Shown here one piece after another: positions 47,147 through 57,518 of a stretch of DNA of 64,000 nt. Under the pieces are notes generated by a model, which worked only from the letters and a program-made list of their open reading frames with translations, was not told where the DNA came from and did not search any database. A program made the translations under genes and the position numbers. The stretch lies in assembly GCA_016844925.1 (NCBI GenBank), contig JAERTI010000055.1:1459-65458 (forward strand), given 5' to 3'. Position 1 is the first letter of the stretch. Every line of letters starts with the position of its first letter. Source of the stretch: Candidatus Uhrbacteria bacterium (GTDB taxonomy: Bacteria > Patescibacteriota > Patescibacteriia > UBA9934 > GWF2-40-263).

Positions 47147-48400
47147 TTATCCAAGCTCCTCCTCAATCTCCATTAATCGATTATATTTTGCCAGCCGCTC
47201 TGATCGAGAAAGCGACCCCGTCTTGATGTAATCCGCATTCACAGCCACAGCCAAATCCGCAATCGTGGTGTCTGCTGTCTCACCCGATCGATGCGAGACA
47301 CTCACTTTATACTTGTACTGCTTGGCGAGCATGATCGCATCGACGGCCTCTGAGAGGCTACCGATCTGGTTCACCTTAATCAAGATCGCATTGGCCGCCT
47401 TGAGCTCGATGGCTTTGCGCAAGCGCTCAACATTCGTCACAAGGAAGTCGTCACCCACAAGAGCCACCTTCTTACCAAGACGCCTATTCATCTCTACCCA
47501 ACCATCCCAGTCATCCTGATCGAGTCCATCTTCCAGCGAAATGATTGGATACTTCTTGAGCCATCGCTCCCACATCGCAATCATCTGCGTACTTGTCAGA
47601 CTCTTACCATCTACGTTCAATTTATAACGCTTCGTTTTCTTGTCGTACACCTCGCTCACCGCAGGGTCCATAGCGAGCTGCACATCCTTCCCTGGCGTAT
47701 ACCCAGCCTTCTTAATCGCCTGCATGATCAACTTAAACGCATCTTCATTCTTCTTGAGCGGCGCCGCATAGCCACCCTCATCTCCCTTCAACGTTGAGTG
47801 ACCTTTTTTCTTCAGCAGATCTCCGAGCGCGTGAAAGACCTCCGATCCACAACGCACCTTCTCCTTAAACTTGCGCTGACGTGGAACAATCATGAACTCC
47901 TGAAAATCCAGAATCCATCCAGCATGAGCCCCACCGTTAAGCACGTTCATTGTTGGAATGGGCATGCGAAAACGATCGAACGGAAGATCGAACGTTTGCC
48001 GGAGATACACGTACAGCGGCATTTTCTTTGCACGAGCAGCTGCGTGTGCACACGCAAGACTCACACCCAAAATGGCATTAGCCCCCAGCTTCGATTTGTT
48101 TGGCGTGCCGTCCAGCTGAATCATGGCTGCATCAATATCTCGCTGCCGGGTAACGCGCATCCCATAAAGAGCCGGTGCAATCTTTTTGTGAACATTCGCT
48201 GCCGCCTTAAGCACTCCCTTGCCCCGATAGCGTTTTTTATCACCATCACGCAATTCCAAAGCTTCATGTACACCTGTTGATGCTCCGCTTGGCACGCTCG
48301 ACGAGCCTGTCACACCATTTTTTAAAAGAACCGTAACATTCAATGTTGGATTCCCTCGGGAATCAAGAATCTCGTGCGCGTGAATGGATTCAATCTTCAT
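47147..48400 (-). CDS. eno: Enolase
   Basis: DSRGNPT, VPSGASTG, LGANAIL, GDEGG, VGDD, SHRSGET, IKTGS. Confidence 0.97.
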   Translation of the reverse strand: MKIESIHAHEILDSRGNPTLNVTVLLKNGVTGSSSVPSGASTGVHEALELRDGDKKRYRGKGVLKAAANVHKKIAPALYGMRVTRQRDIDAAMIQLDGTPNKSKLGANAILGVSLACAHAAARAKKMPLYVYLRQTFDLPFDRFRMPIPTMNVLNGGAHAGWILDFQEFMIVPRQRKFKEKVRCGSEVFHALGDLLKKKGHSTLKGDEGGYAAPLKKNEDAFKLIMQAIKKAGYTPGKDVQLAMDPAVSEVYDKKTKRYKLNVDGKSLTSTQMIAMWERWLKKYPIISLEDGLDQDDWDGWVEMNRRLGKKVALVGDDFLVTNVERLRKAIELKAANAILIKVNQIGSLSEAVDAIMLAKQYKYKVSVSHRSGETADTTIADLAVAVNADYIKTGSLSRSERLAKYNRLMEIEEELG

Positions 48401-49581
48401 AGTTTTAAAGCTTCAATGCCAGGAAGTTTCTCCCCAGCTAAAAATTGTAAAAGAGCACCTCCGCCTGTAGAGAGCAACGTATACTGATCAGCTAAACCTA
48501 ATTTTTCGATGACTGGCATCGTGTCTCCCCCACCGACAATCGTCGTAGCCTTTCCCGTCCGATCGGCAATCGCCCCGGCAATAGATCGCGTTGCTCCACA
48601 GAATTCAGAAATCTCGCAATAGCCCAACGGTCCATTCCACACGATGGTCTTTGCCTCACCAATGAGTTCTTTGTAACGAGCAATCGTATTTGGACCCAAG
48701 TCCACAATCCTCTGTGTTGGCTTCACGGCATCGATAGGCACCACCTCTTGCCTCGCATCTTTTCGTAACGCTTTTACAACTACAACGTCTGTGGGAAGCA
48801 GAAGCTTGCTCTCATATCTAGCAAGAACCTTCTTAGCCTCACTAACCGCCTCATGTTCATAAGCAGACCTGCCAACCTCAAGCCCCTTAGCCACCAAAAA
48901 CGCTGTAGCAATAGCTCCGCCAACCAACACCTTGTCTACACGAGAAGCAAAGTGCTTCATGATAGGAATCTTCGTACTCATCTTAAGCCCACCAATGGTG
49001 AGCACAAAAGGATTACGCGCCTTGGCTTCGAGTTTAGAAAGGACAGAAATCTCATTAGCCAAAAGCGGACCTGCATACGACGGAAGCTCTGAGGTGATGG
49101 CATCGAGACTTGTGTGTGCACGGTGCGAGACAGCAAACGCATCATTTACGTACAAGTCCGCAAGTTTCGCCAGAGCAGAAGCGTACGACGGTGCATTCTC
49201 TTTTTCTCGAGAATCAAAACGGACATTCTCCAACATCAACACGTCTCCATCCTTAAGCTGCTCAACGAGTTTGTGTACATCTGGTCCCACAACTGATCGT
49301 GCGACCTTTACTTTTCCTCCCAGCAAACCTGAAAGGCGCTTGGCGACCGGCTTAACGGTGTAGGCGCTCACACGTCGACCATTCGGTCGACCCAAGTGCG
49401 TCATCACAATCACCCTGGCCCCACGTTGAAGGAGCCAGTTAATCCCTACGGCACTTCGAGCAATCCTTCCGTGAGGACCATCGATGGCCTTTCCTTTTTT
49501 AATTGGAACATTTGCGTCAATCCGAACAAGCACCCGCTTACCCTTGAGCTTCATGTCGGAACGCAATTTTCGCAGTCGCAT
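48397..49581 (-). CDS. pgk: Phosphoglycerate kinase
   Basis: RIDANVP, THLGRP, LENVRF, VNDAF, WNGPLG, GGGDT, STGGGA. Confidence 0.96.
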   Translation of the reverse strand: MRLRKLRSDMKLKGKRVLVRIDANVPIKKGKAIDGPHGRIARSAVGINWLLQRGARVIVMTHLGRPNGRRVSAYTVKPVAKRLSGLLGGKVKVARSVVGPDVHKLVEQLKDGDVLMLENVRFDSREKENAPSYASALAKLADLYVNDAFAVSHRAHTSLDAITSELPSYAGPLLANEISVLSKLEAKARNPFVLTIGGLKMSTKIPIMKHFASRVDKVLVGGAIATAFLVAKGLEVGRSAYEHEAVSEAKKVLARYESKLLLPTDVVVVKALRKDARQEVVPIDAVKPTQRIVDLGPNTIARYKELIGEAKTIVWNGPLGYCEISEFCGATRSIAGAIADRTGKATTIVGGGDTMPVIEKLGLADQYTLLSTGGGALLQFLAGEKLPGIEALKL

Positions 49582-49609
49582 AACGAACCCATCCTATCAC
49601 GGACAAGCC

Positions 49610-50113
49610 CTAGCCAAACAGCCAACTTGTCCACCCACCAGACTTTCTGAACTGCCTCTTCAAAAAGGCGTCCACTCCCCAAATATGACCGAAGCCACCT
49701 GTCATAAACAGCAAGAACACCATTGAATACATGATGTGCTCATTGAGAAGTCCATGCATCGTATTCATCTCGAAACCAGAGAAGTAATAAAGCAACATCA
49801 AAATAATAGCCAGCAACGATGCGAGTCTCATAAAAGCACCTAGAAGAAATGCTAGCCCAATCAACAAGAGTCCCCAGATGTTTAGTTGATCCACCAACAC
49901 GCTTCCGGCCATAGACTGGAACCATTCAGCAAATGGTCCCGTAGATGCAGAGAGATAACCAGCCGCACTCCACCCTCCTTCAGCCGTGAGCTTTGACCAA
50001 CCCGCCATAAAGAAAAGAAGGCCGAATCCTAGGCGTAAAAGAAGCGCTGCCCAAGAAAATGCGTCTGTAAATGCCGCTTTTGAAAAAAGAGAAAATGATG
50101 TTGATTTACGCAT
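49610..50113 (-). CDS. DoxX/TQO small subunit family membrane protein
   Basis: LLRLGFG..FFMAGWSK, SAAGYL...GPF, GVD. Confidence 0.85.
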   Translation of the reverse strand: MRKSTSFSLFSKAAFTDAFSWAALLLRLGFGLLFFMAGWSKLTAEGGWSAAGYLSASTGPFAEWFQSMAGSVLVDQLNIWGLLLIGLAFLLGAFMRLASLLAIILMLLYYFSGFEMNTMHGLLNEHIMYSMVFLLFMTGGFGHIWGVDAFLKRQFRKSGGWTSWLFG

Positions 50114-50114
50114 A

Positions 50115-51020
50115 CTAGTATCGAACAGTTAAGAGATTGATTTCTGGAGGATTAAACAATCTGGCACGTGGCCCTGTCTCTCCCAAACCTGCTGTTATAA
50201 ACAATTGCTGACGACCGTAAGTGAATAGACCCTTATCGTAATCATTTCCAAGCTTCGTCGGCACCTGTGCCAGTGAGCCTATCCATGGAAGACGAATTTG
50301 GCCTCCATGCGTATGACCAGCAATAACCAAGTCCGCAACTTCGACACTTGAATACAATATAGCGTCAGGATTATGAGACAATAGGATCACCGTCTGCTCT
50401 TCCGTAAGTCCCTCCATAGTCTCCTGAGGCTGCCCCGCAAACCAGATATCTGAGACACCTGCAAGCGTTATGAATCTTCCTTGAATATCCAGCTGGACAG
50501 ATTCGTTCTCTAGCACCGTAATCCCCAACCGAGTGAGTGTCTCGATTACCTCCTGCTGAGCATCATCGAGGTAATCATGATTTCCCGTGACGGCATACAC
50601 ACCGAGCGGGGCCTCAAGGCCCTCCAGTGGCTCAAGAAACCTTACCTGATTTACCTTTGAAAAAATGAAATCGCCTGGAAGAACAATCACCTCTGCCTGA
50701 AGCTGCATGGTTTGATCAACTACCTTCTGTGTCCAGGCCTCATCTTTGTATGGACCCAAGTGCAGATCTGCCACAACAGCCACACGCACGCTCGCTTCAG
50801 GTGTTTCATCTAGAACGATCTCCTGAGTTCGAACAACCAATGTTCTCGGCTCGATGAAACTTCCATAAAAAATCGTCACCCACCCGACCAGGAGCACCAA
50901 TCCAATCGACATCACCACAGGTTTTCGGCAAAAACGTTTCCACGAGGTAAGCATGTCGATCAAAAGCGCGCCGGCAAAGATCAAGTAACCAAAGATGGTG
51001 ATTTCAAACAGCCAGGCCAT
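50115..51020 (-). CDS. Membrane metallophosphoesterase (YkuE-like)
   Basis: ADLH, PGDF, GNHD, LSHNPD, AGHTHGGQ, RLFNPPEI. Confidence 0.9.
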   Translation of the reverse strand: MAWLFEITIFGYLIFAGALLIDMLTSWKRFCRKPVVMSIGLVLLVGWVTIFYGSFIEPRTLVVRTQEIVLDETPEASVRVAVVADLHLGPYKDEAWTQKVVDQTMQLQAEVIVLPGDFIFSKVNQVRFLEPLEGLEAPLGVYAVTGNHDYLDDAQQEVIETLTRLGITVLENESVQLDIQGRFITLAGVSDIWFAGQPQETMEGLTEEQTVILLSHNPDAILYSSVEVADLVIAGHTHGGQIRLPWIGSLAQVPTKLGNDYDKGLFTYGRQQLFITAGLGETGPRARLFNPPEINLLTVRY

Positions 51021-51023
51021 AAC

Positions 51024-52025
51024 TTAGAGATTCCCTACGTGCTCAGCCATGTCGAGCAAGCGCTGGGTATATCCCCATTCATTATCATACCAAGCAAGTA
51101 CTTTCACCAGGTCACCGTCTACCACACGTGTCATACCCAGGTCGACGACAGACCCGTAAGGCGTCTGGATAAAGTCCGTGGAAACCAACGGCTCTTCCGT
51201 TACACCCAGAATCCCCTTCCATCGAGCGCTACGAGCGGCTTTTTTGAACAAGCTATTGATCTCCTTAGCGGTCGTTTTCTTTTTAAGGACAAACGTAAAA
51301 TCGGTAAGTGATACATCCAACGAAGGTACACGCACAGAGATTCCATCAAACTTCCCTGTAAGCTCTGGCATCACCTGCGTGGTTGCTTTCGCTGCTCCAG
51401 TCGTCGTCGGGATGATGTTGGTCAGAGCAGAGCGCGCACGTCGAAGATCTCCTTTCCGCGCCAATCCATCCACAATGTTCTGCTGTGCGGTCACCGAGTG
51501 AATCGTCGTCAACATGGCCTTCTTAATCCCCATGGCATCTTGCAAAATCTGAGCCACAGGAGCCACAGAGTTCGTCGTGCACGAGGCATTGCTCACAATA
51601 TTCTGATTGCGTTTACAGGCACGATGATTCACTCCCATTAAAAACGAAGGCGCATCTCCAGACGGTGCAGAGATAACCACCTTACGAGCACCCGCTGTAA
51701 TATGACCACCAGCTCCCTCAAGTGTTCGGAAGAAACCCGTTGATTCAATGACTACGTCCACCTTGTGCTTTGCCCATGGAAGGTCTGCTGGATTGCGCTC
51801 GCTGTAGACGGGAATCTTTTTAGAGCCAATCTTAATGAAGTCCTTTCCTGCCGTGATCTCCTTATCCCATGTACGAAACACCGAATCGTACTTGAGCAAA
51901 TGCGCAAGTTCCTTTGGATCGGTTAAATCGTTGACCGCCACAAAGTTTAAATCTTTGCGCTTCCAACCCGCACGAAGGGTCGTGCGGCCGATGCGACCAA
52001 ACCCATTAATAGCAACTCGAATCAT
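51024..52025 (-). CDS. gap: Glyceraldehyde-3-phosphate dehydrogenase
   Basis: INGFGRIGR, SNASCTTN, IIPTTTGAAK, AWYDNEWGY. Confidence 0.97.
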   Translation of the reverse strand: MIRVAINGFGRIGRTTLRAGWKRKDLNFVAVNDLTDPKELAHLLKYDSVFRTWDKEITAGKDFIKIGSKKIPVYSERNPADLPWAKHKVDVVIESTGFFRTLEGAGGHITAGARKVVISAPSGDAPSFLMGVNHRACKRNQNIVSNASCTTNSVAPVAQILQDAMGIKKAMLTTIHSVTAQQNIVDGLARKGDLRRARSALTNIIPTTTGAAKATTQVMPELTGKFDGISVRVPSLDVSLTDFTFVLKKKTTAKEINSLFKKAARSARWKGILGVTEEPLVSTDFIQTPYGSVVDLGMTRVVDGDLVKVLAWYDNEWGYTQRLLDMAEHVGNL

Positions 52026-52163
52026 AAAAAATGTAAGTGATGAAAATAAGTTTATCTTCATTCTACCACTTACCTCCGTTGACTTCGAGGTGTTTCTGAG
52101 CTATTTTATCGGCGTCACCAAAGTGAGAGTGGCACCAATACCCCACTGGGAGGATAGAAGGAC

Positions 52164-52538
52164 ATGGAGCAGATGACGCTGATCGAACGCCTCTGGAAGG
52201 AGTTCCGCGAGAACACCCTGGAGGAGCTGAAGTTGCTGCTGTTGAACAAGCTCTGTCCCGACGGCGCCACCAACGCTGCCGTCGGCAAGGTCTGGACGAT
52301 CCTGTCCAGCATGCGCGCCCGCATCAAGGGCAACGCCCTGATCGTCACCATCCTCGGCGTCGAACAGAGCGTCGTCCACGCCGCGCTCTGCGACGAGGAG
52401 TTCTGCTACTGCCACCCCGATGGCGAGATCAAGCTCCCCCCGGAGCCCGGCGCCGCGCGCCTGGCCATCCACTTCCCGCTCCCGAGCTCGGACACCCCCA
52501 TCTTCACGGACTTCCTCACCGGCGCCACGCCCGCCTGA
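52164..52538 (+). CDS. Hypothetical protein (cassette)
   Basis: GC3-rich; promoter TTGACT(52079)-N17-TATTTT; GGAGG/AAGGA upstream; downstream CCCGCC/GGCGGG hairpin. Confidence 0.65.
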   Translation: MEQMTLIERLWKEFRENTLEELKLLLLNKLCPDGATNAAVGKVWTILSSMRARIKGNALIVTILGVEQSVVHAALCDEEFCYCHPDGEIKLPPEPGAARLAIHFPLPSSDTPIFTDFLTGATPA

Positions 52539-52625
52539 GGACCTCGCCCCGCCACCGACCAACGTCGGCCCGGCGGGTATTTCTTTTCCAAACAAAACAA
52601 CAGGTTCACACCTGTTGTTTTATTA

Positions 52626-55600
52626 TCACTCTGGCCAATTTATCTTCCCCTGCTCTTTCGTCCAAATGACCACACACCCAAACGGACCACTAGCGTTCCA
52701 ATTATCATAGCCATTGAACTGCATCTCAGGTGTTGCTCGCAATTCCTGTCGCTTATGTTTCCCAAAGAACTTTTGATACACGCTCGAGACCCCTTGCCTG
52801 TTAGATGACGACTGCGACGCGTCATCGATCGGCACAAGCACCTGTTCAATTCCTCGACGCTGAGCTGTTTCAATAGCTTTCTCAAGCGACTGAAGCACGA
52901 ACGATTCATTATCAACGGACTGGATCAAGTTCTCACGTGGATTATTTGCACGCACCAAGAGCGCAGACGTCTTTCCGTCTGCAAGCTGTCCCTCACAAAA
53001 CAACACAGAACCAGCAAACCGCTCCTGCGCTGTGTCTCGCCCCAGCACATACGTAAACGCGTGCAAATCTGGATACCCACCTTTGGCAAGCGTGTCTCGC
53101 TTGGATGTATAGCACGCATCCCCCGTGTCGCCACTCATGATCTTTGGTAGCCCTTCTCCTGGCACCATGGCAACAGACATAGTCTTTTTTGAAACTTCCC
53201 CAGGTCCATTAATCTCAGCGATCTTTTTCTTCGCGGCAACAAAAGGGTTCTTCTCAACACCTTTTTCCACGCGCCAAACTTTCTTGAGCACCCGTATAAG
53301 TTCATCAGAGAACGGTCTGTGGTTTGTATGCTTAGGATCTTGATCGGGATGAAGATAATGTTCTGTTAAAACCTGCTCAATAAACTCAGCCGCCAATCCC
53401 ACCTGCTCGAGGGCACCCAATTCTTCTCCATCCTTCTTTCCATCGTGGAACCATTCTTCATATTCAGGCCCACCCGGAGGTTGAAGAATGGTGTTATGAA
53501 CGGCAGAGAGTCGTTGTATAACACGTTCATACAATGGCCCCTTGCCTCCAAGCTGAACCCACTGCTCCATCAGAGCAGCATGATTCGTTTTCACGACACT
53601 TTTCTGAGATGATACACGATCAAACTCCTCATACCCCATCACCTGCTCACGCATCTGCGCCACACGTTTTTTCAACCCTTCCTGAGCCTTTCCATGCAAA
53701 CTACCAACCCGCTCTTCAAGTTCTCTTAATCGTTCTTTTGTTGTTGCCACCAGCTCACCAATAAACGCAGAGAGGGTCTTATCTGGTTGGTACGGTGGAT
53801 ATGGATCAAATACCTCAAAGTACGCTTGCCGCTCCACCTCCAGAGGCTTACCGGCCAGCACACGTCGAACCTGCTCTTTCTGTTTCTCCTGCTTCCCTTT
53901 GGTGGAGCGCTCGCGTACCCCAACAACGATTTCTTCTTCTTGATACCCCTCAGGAAGCTTTGCGAGCTCTGGAGTTTCGGTCACCACCTGCTCCCAAGTA
54001 TCGATCACTTCTCTCACTTCGCCAGGACGAGCCCACTGACCAGACCCAACGGCAGCCGCAAAAATTTCGGAACCTAGTTTCGTCTTCAGTACGGACGGAA
54101 CCTCATCGCGAAGAAAATCCGAAACAGCTGCCGACCTCACTTCTCTAAGTTCACTTAACAGCAGTGGAGCTGTGAGTCTGTCTATGCGACCCTCTTGGTA
54201 AAGCTGCCTTATAAATCGTTGCTCACCTTGCTTGTATACATATACCTGAAGCGTTCGCTTACCTGTTTCTGGATCAATAGGTGCAACCTTCTCAAGAATC
54301 TCCTTAGCCCAAGACCAAGAAAGATCCCGCTCAGGGACACTTTCCAAAGCTTTTATGGCCCTCTTTTGCGTAATCTGTGGCGTAATTTCCATAAGCGCCT
54401 CAACAACAGAATCCCTCTGAACCCCACGAAGCTCCGATGCTCCCCCATGACGCTCAATACGAATAACAATATCTGCAAGCCTTGGCGCATTGATCATCCC
54501 GTACTCTTCAACAAACTTTAACAGAAGCTCTCCATCTTCTGGAGCGTCATAAGAAAGCAAGCCACCTTCTACAAGACCATGAACAAGCGGACCCAAATCC
54601 GTCTTCCAAGGATCGTGTGCGGCATTGGCCGTGTGCGCCTGAAGCTTCTCAAGTTTTTTCAACGTCGGTGCCCAGGGGATATGTTCAGCAAGTTCAGGGT
54701 AATCTCGAATCAATTGCTCAACAACAAGCAAATGTATTCCCTGCTCTTGCATGATCCCTGCAATAACCTTCCAATCAGGCTTCACTTCAGTGTAGTTCTC
54801 AATATCGGAGAGAAATTCCGGATGATCCTGCTCTGGATCCAGGAGCCAAAAATAGGCTCGTTGTACAGCCACATGATCAAACACATGCCCTTCCTTTGGA
54901 TACGCCTCAATATTGGCCAACATACGAACAGGATTCATGGCCACCATGGCATCCATTAAATCTCCCCGTAGTCCACCTGGAAGCTCAAAATCCTTATCCT
55001 CTTCTTTTTTATTGAGACACACTTCATGAACCTTAAAGGGCTTCTTTTGAATCAATTGCCTCAGGACCTCCTCCTGCGACATCTCCACCACATCATAAAA
55101 ACCCCGATGCTTGTCACCTAGAAATTCTCGAATCCTTGATCCATTGTTCGCCATCTGAGCGAGCAACTTCTCTAAGTCTCCAGATGTTAAACGCAAACCG
55201 CCCTCGACCGCTCCCACCATTTTTTCTGGAACCTTACTTATCCCACGTGTGATAGCTTGCTCCTTTCTCTTAGGGTCCAGGCCCTCAACCAGATCACCAA
55301 ACGCATCAATGTTTTTCAAAAACACGTTATTCATATTCAAGGCCCCACCAGAAATTTCTGTCTCGAGTAATATGGATTGAGCATCAAAAAGTACCTTCCT
55401 CAACTCATGATATTCCTCCGAAGTACGAAACTCAGCATCACCTGGAAGCGCATCAAGCTCAACGAGCTGCAACGTTTGTTGACGACGATCACGATTCGCC
55501 AGAAGTCCCCTCGTCATGTTTAACATCACCTCAGGATTGGTTGGAATCTTTTTTGAAGGAGCAATGATAATCAACTCCTCTGCGCCGGCAAACACCTCAC

Positions 55601-56858
55601 CCACCACCTGCGCCTTCAGCTCATCCTTACCCTTGCGAATTTCCGGAACGGTGCCCTTAATCTGCCCAGGAGTGTATCGATTCTTAAAACGCTCCCCCAC
55701 CTCAAACTGAAGCTGAGACTGAAGCCCCTTAGAAACCCCCTCAAACCCAGGCATGTCATCTGAAAGCTCACGATAGACGGCTTTTGCCCTCACATACTCA
55801 ACCCCCTCCGCCTCAGACTCAAAATCAAACTCTCGATCATCCTCTCGCCAGGCGAGACGGAAGCGTTCTTGTACTTCTTTTTTAAAATGAAACTTAAACG
55901 CTCCCTTGTCCTGACGGACCTTACTATTCTCTGAGCTACCCAATTGTCTAAATGCTCCCCATGCCCCTTCCAAGTCACCTTCTTTTGCTTGTTGCAATAA
56001 CCGATAGATATTTAAACGTTCTGCAAAAACACTCTTAGTGCCTTCAGAAAACGATGGGTTCGTAAACGCTCGATGAACAAAAAGCTCATGCATGCGCTCA
56101 GCAACATCAGGGTTAATTGTTAAAAACACCTCGGATGCCTTCTTTGTGAAAGTCCTCTTTGCTTCTCTTGCCACCTCCTCGACATCTGCCCCCTCAAGAT
56201 GGTTAATAACCTCAAAGGCCCGTAACCCAGCCTGAGGATTTCTTTCCAAAATATTCACTGCCCCCCACATCATGCTTCGAACAAGAGCCCTTTGACTGGC
56301 ATCCTTTTCACTCTCCCCAGCCCGAACAACATAACGACGGTAATGCTCGATAGCGCGCTCAGGATCAACTTCCAACACACGTATCGCCGCATCACGCATC
56401 ATCCATTCCACAGCCGTATCTAAATTCTCTTCAGGAGTATGCTCTTGTGTCCAACCACTCACGTCCACATGCTCTCTATAAAACTCCTCTGCTGATCGTT
56501 CATCTTGTACGACCAATTCAGCGAGGGCCTCCCTCTCAATAGCACTTTGAAAAAACTCTGGAAATTCCTCACGGTGCAATAAAGCTTCCTTGGGAAACTT
56601 CCGCACAAACTCACGCAAGGCTTGCACCTCTCTTTTTTCGCGATCCCCCTTAACAGCGGCAAATACATCGTCATCTGGTGACAGATCTGAAACCGAACGA
56701 ATCCTCCACAACTCTCCATACCCCCCCTGCTTAAACCGATCCATCCCACGCTCAAAATCTTTCTGTCGTTTTTCTTTTTCCTGTTCCAACTCTTGTGAAA
56801 CGCGCACCTTCTCTTGCGCCGGCATCTCTGCCCGTGGTTGTTTACGAAACTCGACCAT
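52626..56858 (-). CDS. Giant (~1410 aa) hypothetical protein
   Basis: Single long ORF; E/K-rich helical repeats; C-terminal alpha/beta domain (SGDTGDACY...LLVRANNP). Confidence 0.8.
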   Translation of the reverse strand: MVEFRKQPRAEMPAQEKVRVSQELEQEKEKRQKDFERGMDRFKQGGYGELWRIRSVSDLSPDDDVFAAVKGDREKREVQALREFVRKFPKEALLHREEFPEFFQSAIEREALAELVVQDERSAEEFYREHVDVSGWTQEHTPEENLDTAVEWMMRDAAIRVLEVDPERAIEHYRRYVVRAGESEKDASQRALVRSMMWGAVNILERNPQAGLRAFEVINHLEGADVEEVAREAKRTFTKKASEVFLTINPDVAERMHELFVHRAFTNPSFSEGTKSVFAERLNIYRLLQQAKEGDLEGAWGAFRQLGSSENSKVRQDKGAFKFHFKKEVQERFRLAWREDDREFDFESEAEGVEYVRAKAVYRELSDDMPGFEGVSKGLQSQLQFEVGERFKNRYTPGQIKGTVPEIRKGKDELKAQVVGEVFAGAEELIIIAPSKKIPTNPEVMLNMTRGLLANRDRRQQTLQLVELDALPGDAEFRTSEEYHELRKVLFDAQSILLETEISGGALNMNNVFLKNIDAFGDLVEGLDPKRKEQAITRGISKVPEKMVGAVEGGLRLTSGDLEKLLAQMANNGSRIREFLGDKHRGFYDVVEMSQEEVLRQLIQKKPFKVHEVCLNKKEEDKDFELPGGLRGDLMDAMVAMNPVRMLANIEAYPKEGHVFDHVAVQRAYFWLLDPEQDHPEFLSDIENYTEVKPDWKVIAGIMQEQGIHLLVVEQLIRDYPELAEHIPWAPTLKKLEKLQAHTANAAHDPWKTDLGPLVHGLVEGGLLSYDAPEDGELLLKFVEEYGMINAPRLADIVIRIERHGGASELRGVQRDSVVEALMEITPQITQKRAIKALESVPERDLSWSWAKEILEKVAPIDPETGKRTLQVYVYKQGEQRFIRQLYQEGRIDRLTAPLLLSELREVRSAAVSDFLRDEVPSVLKTKLGSEIFAAAVGSGQWARPGEVREVIDTWEQVVTETPELAKLPEGYQEEEIVVGVRERSTKGKQEKQKEQVRRVLAGKPLEVERQAYFEVFDPYPPYQPDKTLSAFIGELVATTKERLRELEERVGSLHGKAQEGLKKRVAQMREQVMGYEEFDRVSSQKSVVKTNHAALMEQWVQLGGKGPLYERVIQRLSAVHNTILQPPGGPEYEEWFHDGKKDGEELGALEQVGLAAEFIEQVLTEHYLHPDQDPKHTNHRPFSDELIRVLKKVWRVEKGVEKNPFVAAKKKIAEINGPGEVSKKTMSVAMVPGEGLPKIMSGDTGDACYTSKRDTLAKGGYPDLHAFTYVLGRDTAQERFAGSVLFCEGQLADGKTSALLVRANNPRENLIQSVDNESFVLQSLEKAIETAQRRGIEQVLVPIDDASQSSSNRQGVSSVYQKFFGKHKRQELRATPEMQFNGYDNWNASGPFGCVVIWTKEQGKINWPE

Positions 56859-56877
56859 ACGCAGACAAGTATAACAA

Positions 56878-56906
56878 AACAACGGGCCTAAGCCCGTTGT
56901 TTTTTC
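56878..56906. terminator. Terminator downstream of tsf
   Basis: AACAACGGGC-ctaa-GCCCGTTGTT. Confidence 0.7.
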
Positions 56907-56915
56907 TGGATAAGT

Positions 56916-57503
56916 TTAGATAGAGAATCGTGCGAAGCTCTTGATCTGCATGTTCTCTCCCAATGACGCAATCGTGCTCTTCACGAATCCATCAATGGTC
57001 ATGTCCTCGTCCTTGATAAACGGCTGTTCCATCAAGACGACTTCTGAGAACCACTTGTTCATCTTTCCTTCGACGATCTTCTCAATCACGTCAGCTGGCT
57101 TGTTCTGTGCCTCCATCTCCTTGGTGTAAATCTCCTTCTCCTTTGCAACAATGTCCTCAGGGACATCCTCACGTACCAAGTACTTTGGATCTGCAGCACT
57201 CACATGGAGTGCAATGTCGTTACAGAATTCGATGAACGCCTCGTTGCGAGCGACAAAGTCTGTCTCACAGAGAACGGATACCATGGCACCCAACTTTCCT
57301 GTTGAGTGAAGATACGCGTGCACGCGTCCCTCAGTTGTGGCGCGATCAGCCTTCTTCGCAGCCTTAGCGAGCCCCTTCTCACGAAGAAGTTCAACGGCCT
57401 TAGGAATGTCTCCCCCTGCTTCCTCGAGGGCTTTCTTTGCGGCCATCATGCCCGCACCAGTTTGTGAACGAAGCTCAGCAACTTGTGATGCTGTAATGCT
57501 CAT
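56916..57503 (-). CDS. tsf: Elongation factor Ts (short form)
   Basis: LRSQTGAGM..KKAL, LCETDFVARN, LMEQPFIKD. Confidence 0.96.
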   Translation of the reverse strand: MSITASQVAELRSQTGAGMMAAKKALEEAGGDIPKAVELLREKGLAKAAKKADRATTEGRVHAYLHSTGKLGAMVSVLCETDFVARNEAFIEFCNDIALHVSAADPKYLVREDVPEDIVAKEKEIYTKEMEAQNKPADVIEKIVEGKMNKWFSEVVLMEQPFIKDEDMTIDGFVKSTIASLGENMQIKSFARFSI

Positions 57504-57518
57504 AAAGAACGGTTTACG

